Positions 9,462 to 19,182 are shown, counted from the stretch's first letter. The stretch: DNA of 64,000 nt from Polyangiaceae bacterium (GCA_035063585.1 JAPSGB010000025.1:10393-74392), one strand, 5' to 3'. Program-made: numbers and translations. The notes: a model not told the origin generated them from the sequence alone.

Positions 9462-9646
9462 CGGCCTTACCCGGCGTTCCGTTCGGGGGGGCGGCTGCGA
9501 GTCCCGGCACGACCACTCGCGCCCCGGCGGCGTTCGGGTGCGTGCCAAGACGCACCCGCCGGCGAGGACTTGGCTCGGGCCGCGAGAAACCGCGACCCTT
9601 GCGGCGGACCGCCGCACGAGCCCGTGGCCGTCCGCCGTGCCCCCCG

Positions 9647-10417
9647 TCAGTCGCCGTCGTCCGCGTCGTCGTCGTCGTCCGCGTCGTCGTCGTCCGCGTC
9701 GTCGTCGTCCGCGTCGTCGTCGTCCGCGTCGTCGTCCGCGTCGTCGTCGTCCGCGTCGTCGCTGAGCTCGTCCTCATCCTGAGCGTTGTCGCCGAGCTTC
9801 TGCCCGTCGTGCGCCTCGGCGTCCGAGTCGCTCTTCTCCGCGCGCATCCGCTCGTTCGCGATCCGCTGGAGCACCTGAGGCTTGGGAGCGAGCATCAAGA
9901 CCATGGTGCGGCCGTCCATCTGCGGGCGCTGCTCGACGTTCGCGATGTCCTCCGTCTGAGCGACGATGATGTCGAGCTGCCTCTTGGCGACCTCTGGGTG
10001 GGTGATCTCGCGGCCGCGGAAGCGAACCGTGAGCTTGACCTTGTTCCCGCTCTCCATGAACCGGCGCGCCGCGCGGACCTTGACCGCGATGTCATGGTCG
10101 TCGGTCTTCGGCCGGAGCTTGAGCTCCTTGATCTCGACCACGCTCTGCTTCTTCTTGGCGTCGCGCTGCTTCTTCTTCTCCTCGTACTTGTACTTTCCGA
10201 AGTCGAGGATCTTGCAGACCGGCGGAGAGGCCTTCGGGTTCACCTCGACCAGGTCGAGCCCCCGCGTCTGCGCCTCGCGCAGCGCCTCCTCGGTGGCGAG
10301 GACTCCGAGGTTGGTCCCGTCCTCCATCACGACGCGTACCTCGGGTACGCGGATCCTGTGGTTGACGCGCACCTGCGGTACGCGCGGGTCCCGACTGAAA
10401 CGTCTCCCCATTGCCAT
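9647..10417 (-). CDS. infC: Translation initiation factor IF-3 with acidic C-terminal extension
   Basis: VNHRIRVPEVRV, LDLVEV..PPVCKILDFGKYKYE, ELKLRPKTDDHD, RFRGRE. Lies downstream of thrS. Confidence 0.96.
   Translation of the reverse strand: MAMGRRFSRDPRVPQVRVNHRIRVPEVRVVMEDGTNLGVLATEEALREAQTRGLDLVEVNPKASPPVCKILDFGKYKYEEKKKQRDAKKKQSVVEIKELKLRPKTDDHDIAVKVRAARRFMESGNKVKLTVRFRGREITHPEVAKRQLDIIVAQTEDIANVEQRPQMDGRTMVLMLAPKPQVLQRIANERMRAEKSDSDAEAHDGQKLGDNAQDEDELSDDADDDDADDDADDDDADDDDADDDDADDDDDADDGD
9650..9760 (-). repeat. (GAC)n-GCG tandem repeat encoding a poly-Asp tail
   Basis: About 7 units of 12-18 nt encoding DDADDDDADDDADDDDADDDDADDDDADDDDDADDGD. Confidence 0.9.
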
Positions 10418-10471
10418 GCGTGTGTCTTCTCTCTCCTTCCCCGGCGCGCCAGTGTCCCTGGAGCCGGCTGG

Positions 10472-12460
10472 TTACTTCTTGTCGGCCCGGCGCGGAGCCT
10501 TGCTCTCCGCGACCAGCCGCTCGGAAAATTGCTCGATCGTCATCGAGCCGAGGTCGCCCTCTTCACGCCCGCGCGGTGACACCGTGCCCTCCGCGGCCTC
10601 TTGTTCGCCGATGACGACGATGTACGGCACGCGCGAGTTTCTCGCGTTGCGGATCTTGGCGCCGAGCTTGTCGGGCCCGGCGTCGAGCCCGATCCGGAGC
10701 CCGCTCCCCGTGAGCGCTGCGCGGACCTTCTCGGCGTAGTCGGCCTGCTTCTCGCTGACCGTGACCAGCGTGGCCTGCTCGGGCGCCAGCCACACCGGGA
10801 ATTTGCCGGCGACGTGCTCGATGTACATCCCGAAGAAGCGCTCGATGCTACCGAGGATCGCTCGGTGCAGCATCACTGGGCGATGCCCCGCGCCGTCCGC
10901 GCCGACGTACTCGAGCCCGAAGCGCTCCGGCATGTTGTAGTCGACCTGGATGGTCCCGAGCTGCCAGCTCCGGCCGAGCGCGTCCACCACGTGGAATTCG
11001 AGCTTGGGCCCGTAGAACGCGCCCTCACCGGGCAGCTTCTCGAAGGGGAGTCCGGAGTCCACCAGCACGCGCTCGAGCGCGTGCTCGGAGTCGTCCCACT
11101 GCGCGTCGGAGCCGATGCGCTTCTCGGGGCGCAGCGCGAGCTTGACCGAGACGTCATTGAAGCCAAACGCCGCGTAGACCTCGAAGAGCAGCTGATTGAA
11201 CGAGCGGATTTCCTCGACCATCTGCTCGGGGGTGCAGAAGATGTGCGCGTCGTCCTGGCAGAAGGTGCGCACGCGGGCGAGCCCGTGCACGACGCCGCCG
11301 CGCTCGTAGCGGTGCAGTCTCCCGAAGTCCGCGATGCGCCAGGGCAGCTCGCGATAGCTCCGCCGCCGCTGCCCGAAGATGAGGCAGTGGCTCGGGCAGT
11401 TCATCGGCTTCTGCGCCAGAGGCTCGAGCTGGCTCGGATCGAAGCCGCCCTTCGCGGCCTCACCGGTCGGTTCCGCGCCGGACCAACCAGCGGCATCCAG
11501 CATGTCTGCGGTGACTGGGAGGTACATGTTCTCCCAGTAATTGGCGAGGTGACCGCTGGTCGCGAAGAGCCGCTTGTCGAAGAGCTGCGGCGTGATGACC
11601 TCTTCGTAGCCGTACTCCACGTATAGGTCGCGGACGTACCCGACCAGGCGACCATAGATGGCCGCGCCGCGCGGCAAGAAGAACGGCATGGCCGGCGCGT
11701 ACTCGTGGAACATGAAGAGCTCGAGCTCCTTGCCGAGCTTGCGATGATCACGCGCGCGCGCCTCCTCGAGCATCTTCAGGTGGCGCTCGAGCGCCTCCTC
11801 GGTCGGGAAGGCCGTCCCGTAGATGCGCTGGAGCATCGGGTTCTTCTCGTCGCCGCGCCAGTAGGCGCCAGCGACGCTCGTGAGCTTCACGACCCCGAGA
11901 AACTTGGTGGAGGGGACGTGCGGCCCTTCGCAGAGGTCCACCCACGTCGTCTCCGGATGGTCCAGGTTACCGTGGCGATAAATCGAGATCGCTTCTCCCT
12001 CGGGGATCGACGCCAGGATCTCGAGCTTGTACTTCTCACCCATCCTCTCGAAGAGGGCGGCGGCATCGTTGCGCGAGAGCTCTTGGCGGTAGAAGGGGTA
12101 GCCGGCCTTGATGATCCGGCGCATCTCCTTCTCGATGCGCGCGAGGTCCTTGTCGGTGAAGGGCCCCTCGGGCCGGTCGAAGTCGTAGTAGAAGCCAGCG
12201 TCGATCGCGGGCCCGATGGTGACCTGTGTCCCCGGGAACAGGCGCTGGACGGCGTCGGCCATCACGTGCGCGGCCGAGTGGCGGAGCACCGGCAGCGCCG
12301 CCGGCTCTTGCCAGCGGATGGGGGTGAGCTCCGCCGCCGGATCCACCGGCGTGTGGAGATCGCCCACCCAGGAGCCCACACGGACGGCGACCACGTCGTC
12401 CGACCAGAGACCGCGCTCGACGAGGAGCTCGCGCGGCGAGCGTCGCCCCGAAGCCATCAT
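10472..12460 (-). CDS. thrS: Threonine--tRNA ligase
   Basis: RHSAAHVMA, DLCEGPH, GAYWRGDEKNPMLQRIYG, KPMNCP, GLARVRTFCQDDAH, HRAILGSIERF. Confidence 0.98.
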   Translation of the reverse strand: MMASGRRSPRELLVERGLWSDDVVAVRVGSWVGDLHTPVDPAAELTPIRWQEPAALPVLRHSAAHVMADAVQRLFPGTQVTIGPAIDAGFYYDFDRPEGPFTDKDLARIEKEMRRIIKAGYPFYRQELSRNDAAALFERMGEKYKLEILASIPEGEAISIYRHGNLDHPETTWVDLCEGPHVPSTKFLGVVKLTSVAGAYWRGDEKNPMLQRIYGTAFPTEEALERHLKMLEEARARDHRKLGKELELFMFHEYAPAMPFFLPRGAAIYGRLVGYVRDLYVEYGYEEVITPQLFDKRLFATSGHLANYWENMYLPVTADMLDAAGWSGAEPTGEAAKGGFDPSQLEPLAQKPMNCPSHCLIFGQRRRSYRELPWRIADFGRLHRYERGGVVHGLARVRTFCQDDAHIFCTPEQMVEEIRSFNQLLFEVYAAFGFNDVSVKLALRPEKRIGSDAQWDDSEHALERVLVDSGLPFEKLPGEGAFYGPKLEFHVVDALGRSWQLGTIQVDYNMPERFGLEYVGADGAGHRPVMLHRAILGSIERFFGMYIEHVAGKFPVWLAPEQATLVTVSEKQADYAEKVRAALTGSGLRIGLDAGPDKLGAKIRNARNSRVPYIVVIGEQEAAEGTVSPRGREEGDLGSMTIEQFSERLVAESKAPRRADKK

Positions 12461-12526
12461 GGCGTCACGAAATCACGACGCGAGGGCTCGGGCAACCAGC
12501 GAAGGGCCACGCTCGAGCGAGCGGAG

Positions 12527-12598
<72 letters not shown>

Positions 12599-12658
12599 GT
12601 GGACCGGCGGGGCCGAATCCAACGTGGATCTGTCTCTCGTCAAGATGCAGGGGCCGAT

Positions 12659-12687
12659 TCACTACATCTAGCCCCGAGGCGTGTCAA
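12659..12687 (-). promoter_or_regulatory. Sigma70-type promoter for tRNA-Val-thrS-infC
   Basis: Minus strand TTGACA-N17-TAGTGA. A second TTGACG lies at 12638-12643. Confidence 0.45.
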
Positions 12688-12727
12688 GGCGGGTCTGGGC
12701 GCTACTTCCGCGGCCCCGGACGACGGC

Positions 12728-12756
12728 TTGCGCGGCCCCGGGAAAGTCGCTATAGG
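12728..12756 (+). promoter_or_regulatory. Sigma70-type promoter for yajC-secDF
   Basis: TTGCGC-N17-TATAGG 25 nt upstream of the TTG start. Confidence 0.45.
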
Positions 12757-12781
12757 CCGGCCCTTCTCCGGAGCACACCCC

Positions 12782-13216
12782 TTGTTTTCGGCGCCCCTCG
12801 CATTCCAGGCCGTTCCCCCGGCGCCCGGCCGCAATAGCGCCCCCGGCGCTGCTCCGGCGGGCGTCGCCCACGCCGCCCAGCCGGCGCCCGGCGCGGCCGC
12901 GGAGCACGCAGCCGAGCCGGCGCCCTCGATGGGCGGCCTCGGCGCGATGTTGCCGCTCCTCCTGCTCATCCCGTTCGTCTTTCTGCTCTTCTGGTCGTCT
13001 CGCTCGCAGCAGAAAAAGCAGCAGCAGGCGATCGCCGGCTTGAAGAAGGGCGATCGCGTGCTCACCAACGGGGGCTTCGCAGGCAAGCTGGTCGAGCTGG
13101 GTGATCGCTTCGCCAAGGTCGAGCTCGCGCCCGGGGTCAAGGTGGACGTGCTCAAGAGCAGTCTGCTCGGGAAGGACTCGGCGGAGACCGCCGAGTCGGC
13201 CGAGAAGAAGAAGTAG
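12782..13216 (+). CDS. yajC: Preprotein translocase subunit YajC
   Basis: TM followed by QQKKQQQAIAGLKKGDRVLTNGG. TTG 12782 after GGAG (ATG 12929 is the alternative). Confidence 0.92.
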   Translation: MFSAPLAFQAVPPAPGRNSAPGAAPAGVAHAAQPAPGAAAEHAAEPAPSMGGLGAMLPLLLLIPFVFLLFWSSRSQQKKQQQAIAGLKKGDRVLTNGGFAGKLVELGDRFAKVELAPGVKVDVLKSSLLGKDSAETAESAEKKK

Positions 13217-13241
13217 TGGCCGCGAGCCGCCCGAGGAGCCA

Positions 13242-15344
13242 GTGACGAACACCGTTCTCCAGTACGTTTTCGCGGGCATCGCCGTGCTCTTCGCGGCGTG
13301 GGGCTACGTGAGCCGCAGTCGTCGCGCCGCGCTCTGGTTCGGGGTGGTGACCGCCGCGTCCGCCGCGATCGCCGCGCGCTACGATGGCTTTTGGCCGCTC
13401 GCGAGCTTCGCCATCTTGACGCTCTGGGCGTTCATCGTCGCCACCGGTTTCTTGGACTTCGGCTGGCGCATGCGCCTCGGCTTGGTGACGAGCATCGGTC
13501 TGTTCGCGTTTCTCGCGCTCTGGCCGTCCGTGTACAACATGTCGGCGGGCAAGGTCCCGTGCCCGGCCTACATTCGCGATCATGTGAGCTTCCGTCTGGT
13601 GGCGGGCCTCGATCTGCGAGGGGGCCTCCGGCTCGTCTATACCGTCGACGTCGACGAGGCGATCAAGGACAAGCGCGACCGCTACTACGAGGACATGCGG
13701 TCGTCGCTCGCGAAGATCTACGGGCTCTACAGCGGCGAAGATCGGCCGAGCGAAGACGTCTACAAGAAGCTCCGCACGATCGTGGACATCGAGGCCCCGC
13801 GCCGCCCCGCCAACGTCATCAAGCTCCATGTTCGCGACGGTGCGGATCCGGCCAAGATCGACGCGCGCTTCCTCGAGCAGTTCGCGGGCGACCTCAGCTA
13901 CTCGCGTCGGGACGCGCGAGATCTCGAGTTCACCATCAAGGCGAGCTCCGAGACGCAGCTCCGCGAGCGCGCGGTGGAACAGGCCAAGGACATCATCCTG
14001 CGCCGCGTCGACGAGCTCGGCCTCCGCGAGGCGAACGTCTCCACTCGTGACGAGGACGTGATCATCGAGGTGCCGGGCTCGGACGAGAAGAGCTTCCAGC
14101 GCATCCGCGAGATCATCAGCCAGACGGCCAAGCTCGAGTTCAAGCTGCTCGACGACGACGACGACTTCTTCGGACCGATCGAGCGGAAGACCGAGGGCCA
14201 GGCGTTGCCGGAAGGCATCGAGTTCCGCAAAGAGAACGCTCCGGTCGGCCTCGACGATGGTGGTGACGCCAAGACGCACGAGACCACTTACGCCTTCATT
14301 CAGAAGAAGAAGGACGAGACCTCGCAGCAGGCGCTCGCGCGGCTGAAGGAGTGGGTCGGGCAGTTCGAGCTGCCGCCGGATCGCGAGCTCGGCTACCAGA
14401 TCGTCTACCGGACGAACCCGGACAGCCTCAAGCAGAGCGAAGACGGGTGGCGCACGTACCTCCTCCGCTCGCACGCGGACATCACCGGTGACATGATCAC
14501 CGACGCCTCCGCGCAGCCGGATCAGTCGGGCGGCGGCTTCGGCGGCTGGTACGTCGCGCTCACGTTCACCGACCAGGGCGGTAACATCTTCGAGCGGATC
14601 ACCGGCGCGAACATCAAGCGCCGCTTCGCGATCATCCTCGACAACAAGGTCGAGAGCGCGCCGGTCATCCAGACCAAGATCCCCGGTGGCCACGCCCAGA
14701 TCACCATGGGCGCGTCCGATCCCGAGATCCAACTCGAGGACGCCCGCAAGCTCGAGCTCGTGCTGCGTTCGGGCGCGCTGCCCGCGCCCATCTCGCCTTC
14801 GAACGAGCAACGGATCGGCCCGTCCCTCGGTCGGGACTCGATCAAGCTCGGGGTTCAGGGCGCGATCGGCGGCGGGCTCATCGTGCTCGTCCTCATGGTG
14901 ATTTACTACCGCCGAGCGGGGCTCATCGCCGACCTCTCGGTGACCATGAACCTGTTCTTGCAGCTCGCGATCCTGGCCTCGTTCGGCGCGTCCATGACCC
15001 TACCCGGCATCGCTGGGTTGTCGCTCACCATCGGCATGAGCGTGGACGCCAACGTGCTCATCAACGAACGAATACGTGATGAATTACGATTGGGTAAATC
15101 GCCGCGAGCGGCCGTCGAGATCGGGTTCGGCCGCGCGCTCAGCGCGATCGTCGACGGACAGCTCACCACGCTGATCTCGGGGGTCATCCTGGCTCAGTAC
15201 GGCACGGGCCCCATCAAGGGGTTCGCGGTGACGCTCATCGTCGGCGTACTCTGCAGTATCTTCACCGGCGTGGTGGTGAGCCGGCTGTGGTTCGACCTCT
15301 GGGTTCGCGGCTTCGGCCGCCTCGAGAAGCTGGACGTGGGCTGA
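13242..15344 (+). CDS. secD: Protein translocase subunit SecD with extra N-terminal TM segments
   Basis: GLDLRGG, RRVDELG, FAIILDNKVESAP, LRSGALPAP, TLPGIAG, GMSVDANVLINERI, GPIKGFAVTL. GTG after GAGGAG. Confidence 0.96.
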   Translation: MTNTVLQYVFAGIAVLFAAWGYVSRSRRAALWFGVVTAASAAIAARYDGFWPLASFAILTLWAFIVATGFLDFGWRMRLGLVTSIGLFAFLALWPSVYNMSAGKVPCPAYIRDHVSFRLVAGLDLRGGLRLVYTVDVDEAIKDKRDRYYEDMRSSLAKIYGLYSGEDRPSEDVYKKLRTIVDIEAPRRPANVIKLHVRDGADPAKIDARFLEQFAGDLSYSRRDARDLEFTIKASSETQLRERAVEQAKDIILRRVDELGLREANVSTRDEDVIIEVPGSDEKSFQRIREIISQTAKLEFKLLDDDDDFFGPIERKTEGQALPEGIEFRKENAPVGLDDGGDAKTHETTYAFIQKKKDETSQQALARLKEWVGQFELPPDRELGYQIVYRTNPDSLKQSEDGWRTYLLRSHADITGDMITDASAQPDQSGGGFGGWYVALTFTDQGGNIFERITGANIKRRFAIILDNKVESAPVIQTKIPGGHAQITMGASDPEIQLEDARKLELVLRSGALPAPISPSNEQRIGPSLGRDSIKLGVQGAIGGGLIVLVLMVIYYRRAGLIADLSVTMNLFLQLAILASFGASMTLPGIAGLSLTIGMSVDANVLINERIRDELRLGKSPRAAVEIGFGRALSAIVDGQLTTLISGVILAQYGTGPIKGFAVTLIVGVLCSIFTGVVVSRLWFDLWVRGFGRLEKLDVG

Positions 15345-15347
15345 GCC

Positions 15348-16571
15348 ATGGAGCTGTTTCCGGTCGGAAGAGTCTTCGATTTCATGGGGAAGCGGCGATA
15401 TTTCATCGCCCTGAGCCTGATCATCGTCGCAGGTTCGCTCGTGTCCCTCGTCTGGCCTGGCCCGAAGCTCGGCACGGACTTCCGCGGCGGAACCGAGATC
15501 GAGGTGGCGTTCACCCAGCCGACCAACTCGGGGGACGTCCGCAAAGCCGTCATCGCGTCCGGCTTCGCCCAGCCGGACGTGGTCAAGGTCGACGACGCGA
15601 GCAACCCGTACCGCTACCTCATCCGCGTGCAAGAGGTCTCGACCATCGACGAGGCGAAGCAGGCGGAGATCGAGCGCGCGCTCTGCTTCGGCGAAGATTT
15701 GCCCGCGGCGGAGTGCTCGGCCGAGCACGCTGCGACCGAGGTCAAGTTCAGCCCCGGCGGCGACAAGGTGAGCGTCCGCTTTGGCGGCGCGCCGGATCTC
15801 GCCTGGGTGCGGCAGCGGATCGGTAAGGTCTCAGGGATCACGCTTCGCGCCGGCGAAAATGACATCTCCGTGCAGAGCTCGCGCGAAAACCGCGTGGAGA
15901 TCGCGCTGCAGAGCCGCGGCGATCAACTCATGGACGGGCTGCGCCAGCGCCTCGGCCCGGAGCGCGTGCCGGCGAGCGCGCTGCGCGTCGAGTGGATCGG
16001 CCCCAAGGCGGGCGCTCAGCTCCGAAACTCCGCCTTCGTGAGCGTCCTACTCTCCATCGTCTTCATCGGGGCGTACATCGCCTTCCGCTTCGATCTCCGC
16101 TTCGCTCCGGGCGCCGTGCTCAGCCTGCTGCATGATGCGATTGGCCTCATCGGCGTCTGGATCTTGCTCGGCAAGGAGATAAACCTCGCGACCATCGCGT
16201 CGGTGCTCACCGTGGTCGGGTATTCCATCAACGACACGGTCATCGTCTATGATCGCGTTCGAGAGAATCTCGGGAAGATGCGCGCGGCGTCCTTCGACAC
16301 GCTCATCAACACGAGCTTGAGCGAGATGCTGAGCCGGACGGTCCTCACCTCGGGCACCACGGTGATGAGCCTCCTCGCCTTCTTCCTCTGGGGCACCGGC
16401 GCGCTCAAGGATTTCGCGCTGAGCCTCATCATCGGTATCGTGCTCGGGACGTACTCGTCGATCTATGTCTCTTTGCCCATCACCGAGTGGTTCGACAAAC
16501 ACCTCTTCGCGAAGCGGGCCGCGAAGAAGCCGCGGCGCGCGGCCGCCAAACGAGCCTCGGCCAGCACCTGA
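15348..16571 (+). CDS. secF: Protein translocase subunit SecF
   Basis: LGTDFRGGTE, IGPKAG, GYSINDTVIVYDRVRE, GTYSSIYVS. Confidence 0.96.
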   Translation: MELFPVGRVFDFMGKRRYFIALSLIIVAGSLVSLVWPGPKLGTDFRGGTEIEVAFTQPTNSGDVRKAVIASGFAQPDVVKVDDASNPYRYLIRVQEVSTIDEAKQAEIERALCFGEDLPAAECSAEHAATEVKFSPGGDKVSVRFGGAPDLAWVRQRIGKVSGITLRAGENDISVQSSRENRVEIALQSRGDQLMDGLRQRLGPERVPASALRVEWIGPKAGAQLRNSAFVSVLLSIVFIGAYIAFRFDLRFAPGAVLSLLHDAIGLIGVWILLGKEINLATIASVLTVVGYSINDTVIVYDRVRENLGKMRAASFDTLINTSLSEMLSRTVLTSGTTVMSLLAFFLWGTGALKDFALSLIIGIVLGTYSSIYVSLPITEWFDKHLFAKRAAKKPRRAAAKRASAST

Positions 16572-16674
16572 GCGGTAGCGCGGCCGGCGCCGGCCTGCCG
16601 GTCGCCGAGCACGATCGTACCGCGCAACTCGGTTCCGCGCCGAGCCGACATTCCGTGCTACTCGGAGGAGCGAG

Positions 16675-18384
16675 ATGACCGGCGAAGGAGCGGCAGCAGG
16701 CTGGGTCGCGACGCTCCCCGGCGCGCCGGGCGCCGAGGCTCGCGCGTTTGCCGCCGAGCTTCGCACCTCGATCACGGTCGCGGAGGTGCTGCTGCGCCGC
16801 GGGCTCACCGAGCCAGCAGAGGTCCGCCGCTTCTTCGCGCCGAAGCTGGCGGAGCTGACGCCGCCGGACGAGATGGCCGGGCGCGCGGAGGCGGCGGAGC
16901 GGCTCGCGCGCGCGGTCGAGACTGGCGAGCGGGTGTGCGTGTTCGGTGACTACGACTGCGACGGCATCACCGCCGCCGCGATCCTGACCGGCATGCTGCG
17001 CTCGCTCGGCGGCGAGGCCACGCCGCTCCTCGCGAGTCGCTTCGGGGGCGGCTACGGCGTCACGGCCGAGGCCGTGGAGCGTATCCTCGGGACGGGCGCG
17101 ACCTTGCTCGTCACCTGCGACTGCGGCTCGTCCGATCATGCCTCGCTCCGGGAGGTGCGCGCGCGAGGGGTCGACGTCATCGTCATCGATCATCACGTGG
17201 TGCCGGACGAGCCGCTGCCCGCGCTCGCCTTCTTGAACCCGCACCGCCCCGAGTGCGGGTTTCCTTACAAGGGGCTCGCGTCGTGCGGCTTGGTGCTGTC
17301 GGTCGGTGCTGCGCTGCGCGCAAAGCTCGGTCGCGCGCTCGACCTGAAGTCGTGGCTCGACTTGGTCGCGCTCGGCACCATCGCGGACGTCGCGCCGCTC
17401 GACGGCGACAACCGCGCCCTGGTGCGCGCCGGGCTCGGGGTGCTCGCCGAGGCGCGCCGTCCGGGAGTGCGCGCGCTCATCGAGCTCGCCAAGCTCGACG
17501 CCGGTCGGGCGCTCACCGCGGAGGACGTCGCGTTCCGCCTCGCGCCACGGATCAATGCGCCCGGACGCATGGGCTCACCCGATCTCGCGCTCGCCCTCCT
17601 GCTCGCCGGCTCGGACGTCGAGGCGCGCGGGCTCGCGGCGCGGATCGAGCAGCTCTCGGTGGAGCGCAAGACGGAGCAAGAGCGACTCATCGCCGAGGCC
17701 GAGGCTGAAATCGAGCGTGAAGGGTGGGGAAGCGAGCGCGCGATCGTGGTCGGTCACCACGGCTGGAATCACGGGCTCGTCGGGATCGTCGCCGGAAGGC
17801 TCGCCGACCGCTACCGGAAGCCGGTGGCGGTGGTCGGCTTCGAAGGCGAGCGCGGACGCGGCTCGGTGCGTGCGCCGGCTGGCTCGCGCCTGGTCGACGT
17901 CCTCTCGAGCGTGTCGGACGTCCTGGTTCGGTACGGTGGTCATCAGGCCGCGGCCGGCTTCGAGGTGGAGACCGGGCGCTTCGCCGAGCTTCGCACGCGC
18001 TTCGCCGAGAGCGTCGAGAAGTGGTCGATGGGCTCGCCTTCGTCGAGCGCCTCCTCGCTCGGCGAGGTGACCCGGCTATGTCCGGAGGACGAGCTCACGC
18101 GGGTGGTCGAGGATCTCGAGCGGCTCGAACCCTGCGGGGAGGGGAACCCCGCGCCGCGGATCGCTCTCGAGGCGTCGCTGGTGTCTGCGCGTGCGGTCAA
18201 GGGCGGCCACCTGAAGCTCGACCTCGCGGTGAGCGGCGGGCAGCGGCTCTCTGGCTTCGGGCCCTCGATGGGTGAGCGCGCCGAGTCGCTCGGCGGTCGC
18301 GTGCTGGTGGTCGGTCGCCTTGCGTGGAATGCCTGGCGCGGGGGTCGCTCGGTGGAAATCCGCGTCGACGCGATAGATGGGTAG
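16675..18384 (+). CDS. recJ: ssDNA-specific exonuclease RecJ
   Basis: GDYDCDG, TCDCG, IDHH, LGTIADV, PRINAPGR, YGGHQAAAG, LEPCGEGNP. Confidence 0.95.
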   Translation: MTGEGAAAGWVATLPGAPGAEARAFAAELRTSITVAEVLLRRGLTEPAEVRRFFAPKLAELTPPDEMAGRAEAAERLARAVETGERVCVFGDYDCDGITAAAILTGMLRSLGGEATPLLASRFGGGYGVTAEAVERILGTGATLLVTCDCGSSDHASLREVRARGVDVIVIDHHVVPDEPLPALAFLNPHRPECGFPYKGLASCGLVLSVGAALRAKLGRALDLKSWLDLVALGTIADVAPLDGDNRALVRAGLGVLAEARRPGVRALIELAKLDAGRALTAEDVAFRLAPRINAPGRMGSPDLALALLLAGSDVEARGLAARIEQLSVERKTEQERLIAEAEAEIEREGWGSERAIVVGHHGWNHGLVGIVAGRLADRYRKPVAVVGFEGERGRGSVRAPAGSRLVDVLSSVSDVLVRYGGHQAAAGFEVETGRFAELRTRFAESVEKWSMGSPSSSASSLGEVTRLCPEDELTRVVEDLERLEPCGEGNPAPRIALEASLVSARAVKGGHLKLDLAVSGGQRLSGFGPSMGERAESLGGRVLVVGRLAWNAWRGGRSVEIRVDAIDG

Positions 18385-18399
18385 TATCCTCCGCTCGAT

Positions 18400-19182
18400 A
18401 TGAGCGCGGAGCCTCTCATCGCCTTTCGCGGGGTAAAAAAGCGGTTTGGCTCCAAGGTCGTCTATCGCGATCTCGACCTCGACATCTACCGCGGTGAGGT
18501 CCTCACCATCGTGGGCGGCTCCGGCGTCGGGAAGAGCGTGATGCTAAAGATGCTGATTGGGCTGCTCCGCCCCGACGCCGGGTCGATCGTGTTCGACGGT
18601 CGTGAGGTCACGACCATGGGTGAAGACGACCTCTCGCGAGTGCGCCAGCGGATCGCCATGCTCTTTCAGAGCGGCGCCCTCTTCGACTCGCTGAGCGTGG
18701 GTGAGAACGTCGCTTATGGCCTCGAGGAGCACTCGGGCAACCAGATGAGCCGGAAGGACATCGCGGAGCGGGTGGCGTGGGCGCTCGGGCTGGTCGACCT
18801 CCCGGGGATCGAGGAGATGCGTCCGTCCGATCTCTCGGGCGGGATGCGTAAGCGCGTCGGGCTCGCGCGAGCCATCGCGGTGCAGCCCGAGGTGCTGCTC
18901 TACGACGAGCCGACCACCGGCCTCGACCCGATCAACACCGCGCGCGTGAACCACCTCATCATCGGGCTCCAGCAGAAACTCAGCATCACCAGCGTGGTCG
19001 TCACCCACGACATGAAGAGCGCGTTCACTATCAGTGACCGCCTCGCCATGGTGCACGGCGGCGTGATCATCAGCCAGGGAGAGGTCGAGAAGTTCCGTTC
19101 GGCGGACGATCCCCGCGTAGCGGACTTCATCGAAGGGCGCGCGCCGGTGAAGGAGAGCGTCGAGGCGCTCCTGAACGGCTGA
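18400..19182 (+). CDS. mlaF: MlaF-like ABC ATPase
   Basis: GGSGVGKS, LSGGMRKRVGLARA, YDEPTTGLDP. Next to an MCE gene. Confidence 0.88.
   Translation: MSAEPLIAFRGVKKRFGSKVVYRDLDLDIYRGEVLTIVGGSGVGKSVMLKMLIGLLRPDAGSIVFDGREVTTMGEDDLSRVRQRIAMLFQSGALFDSLSVGENVAYGLEEHSGNQMSRKDIAERVAWALGLVDLPGIEEMRPSDLSGGMRKRVGLARAIAVQPEVLLYDEPTTGLDPINTARVNHLIIGLQQKLSITSVVVTHDMKSAFTISDRLAMVHGGVIISQGEVEKFRSADDPRVADFIEGRAPVKESVEALLNG

Noticed and set aside
9433..9782. TTTR-, VVVR- and SSSA-repeat ORFs
   Set aside because: Alternative-frame readings of the infC poly-Asp repeat.
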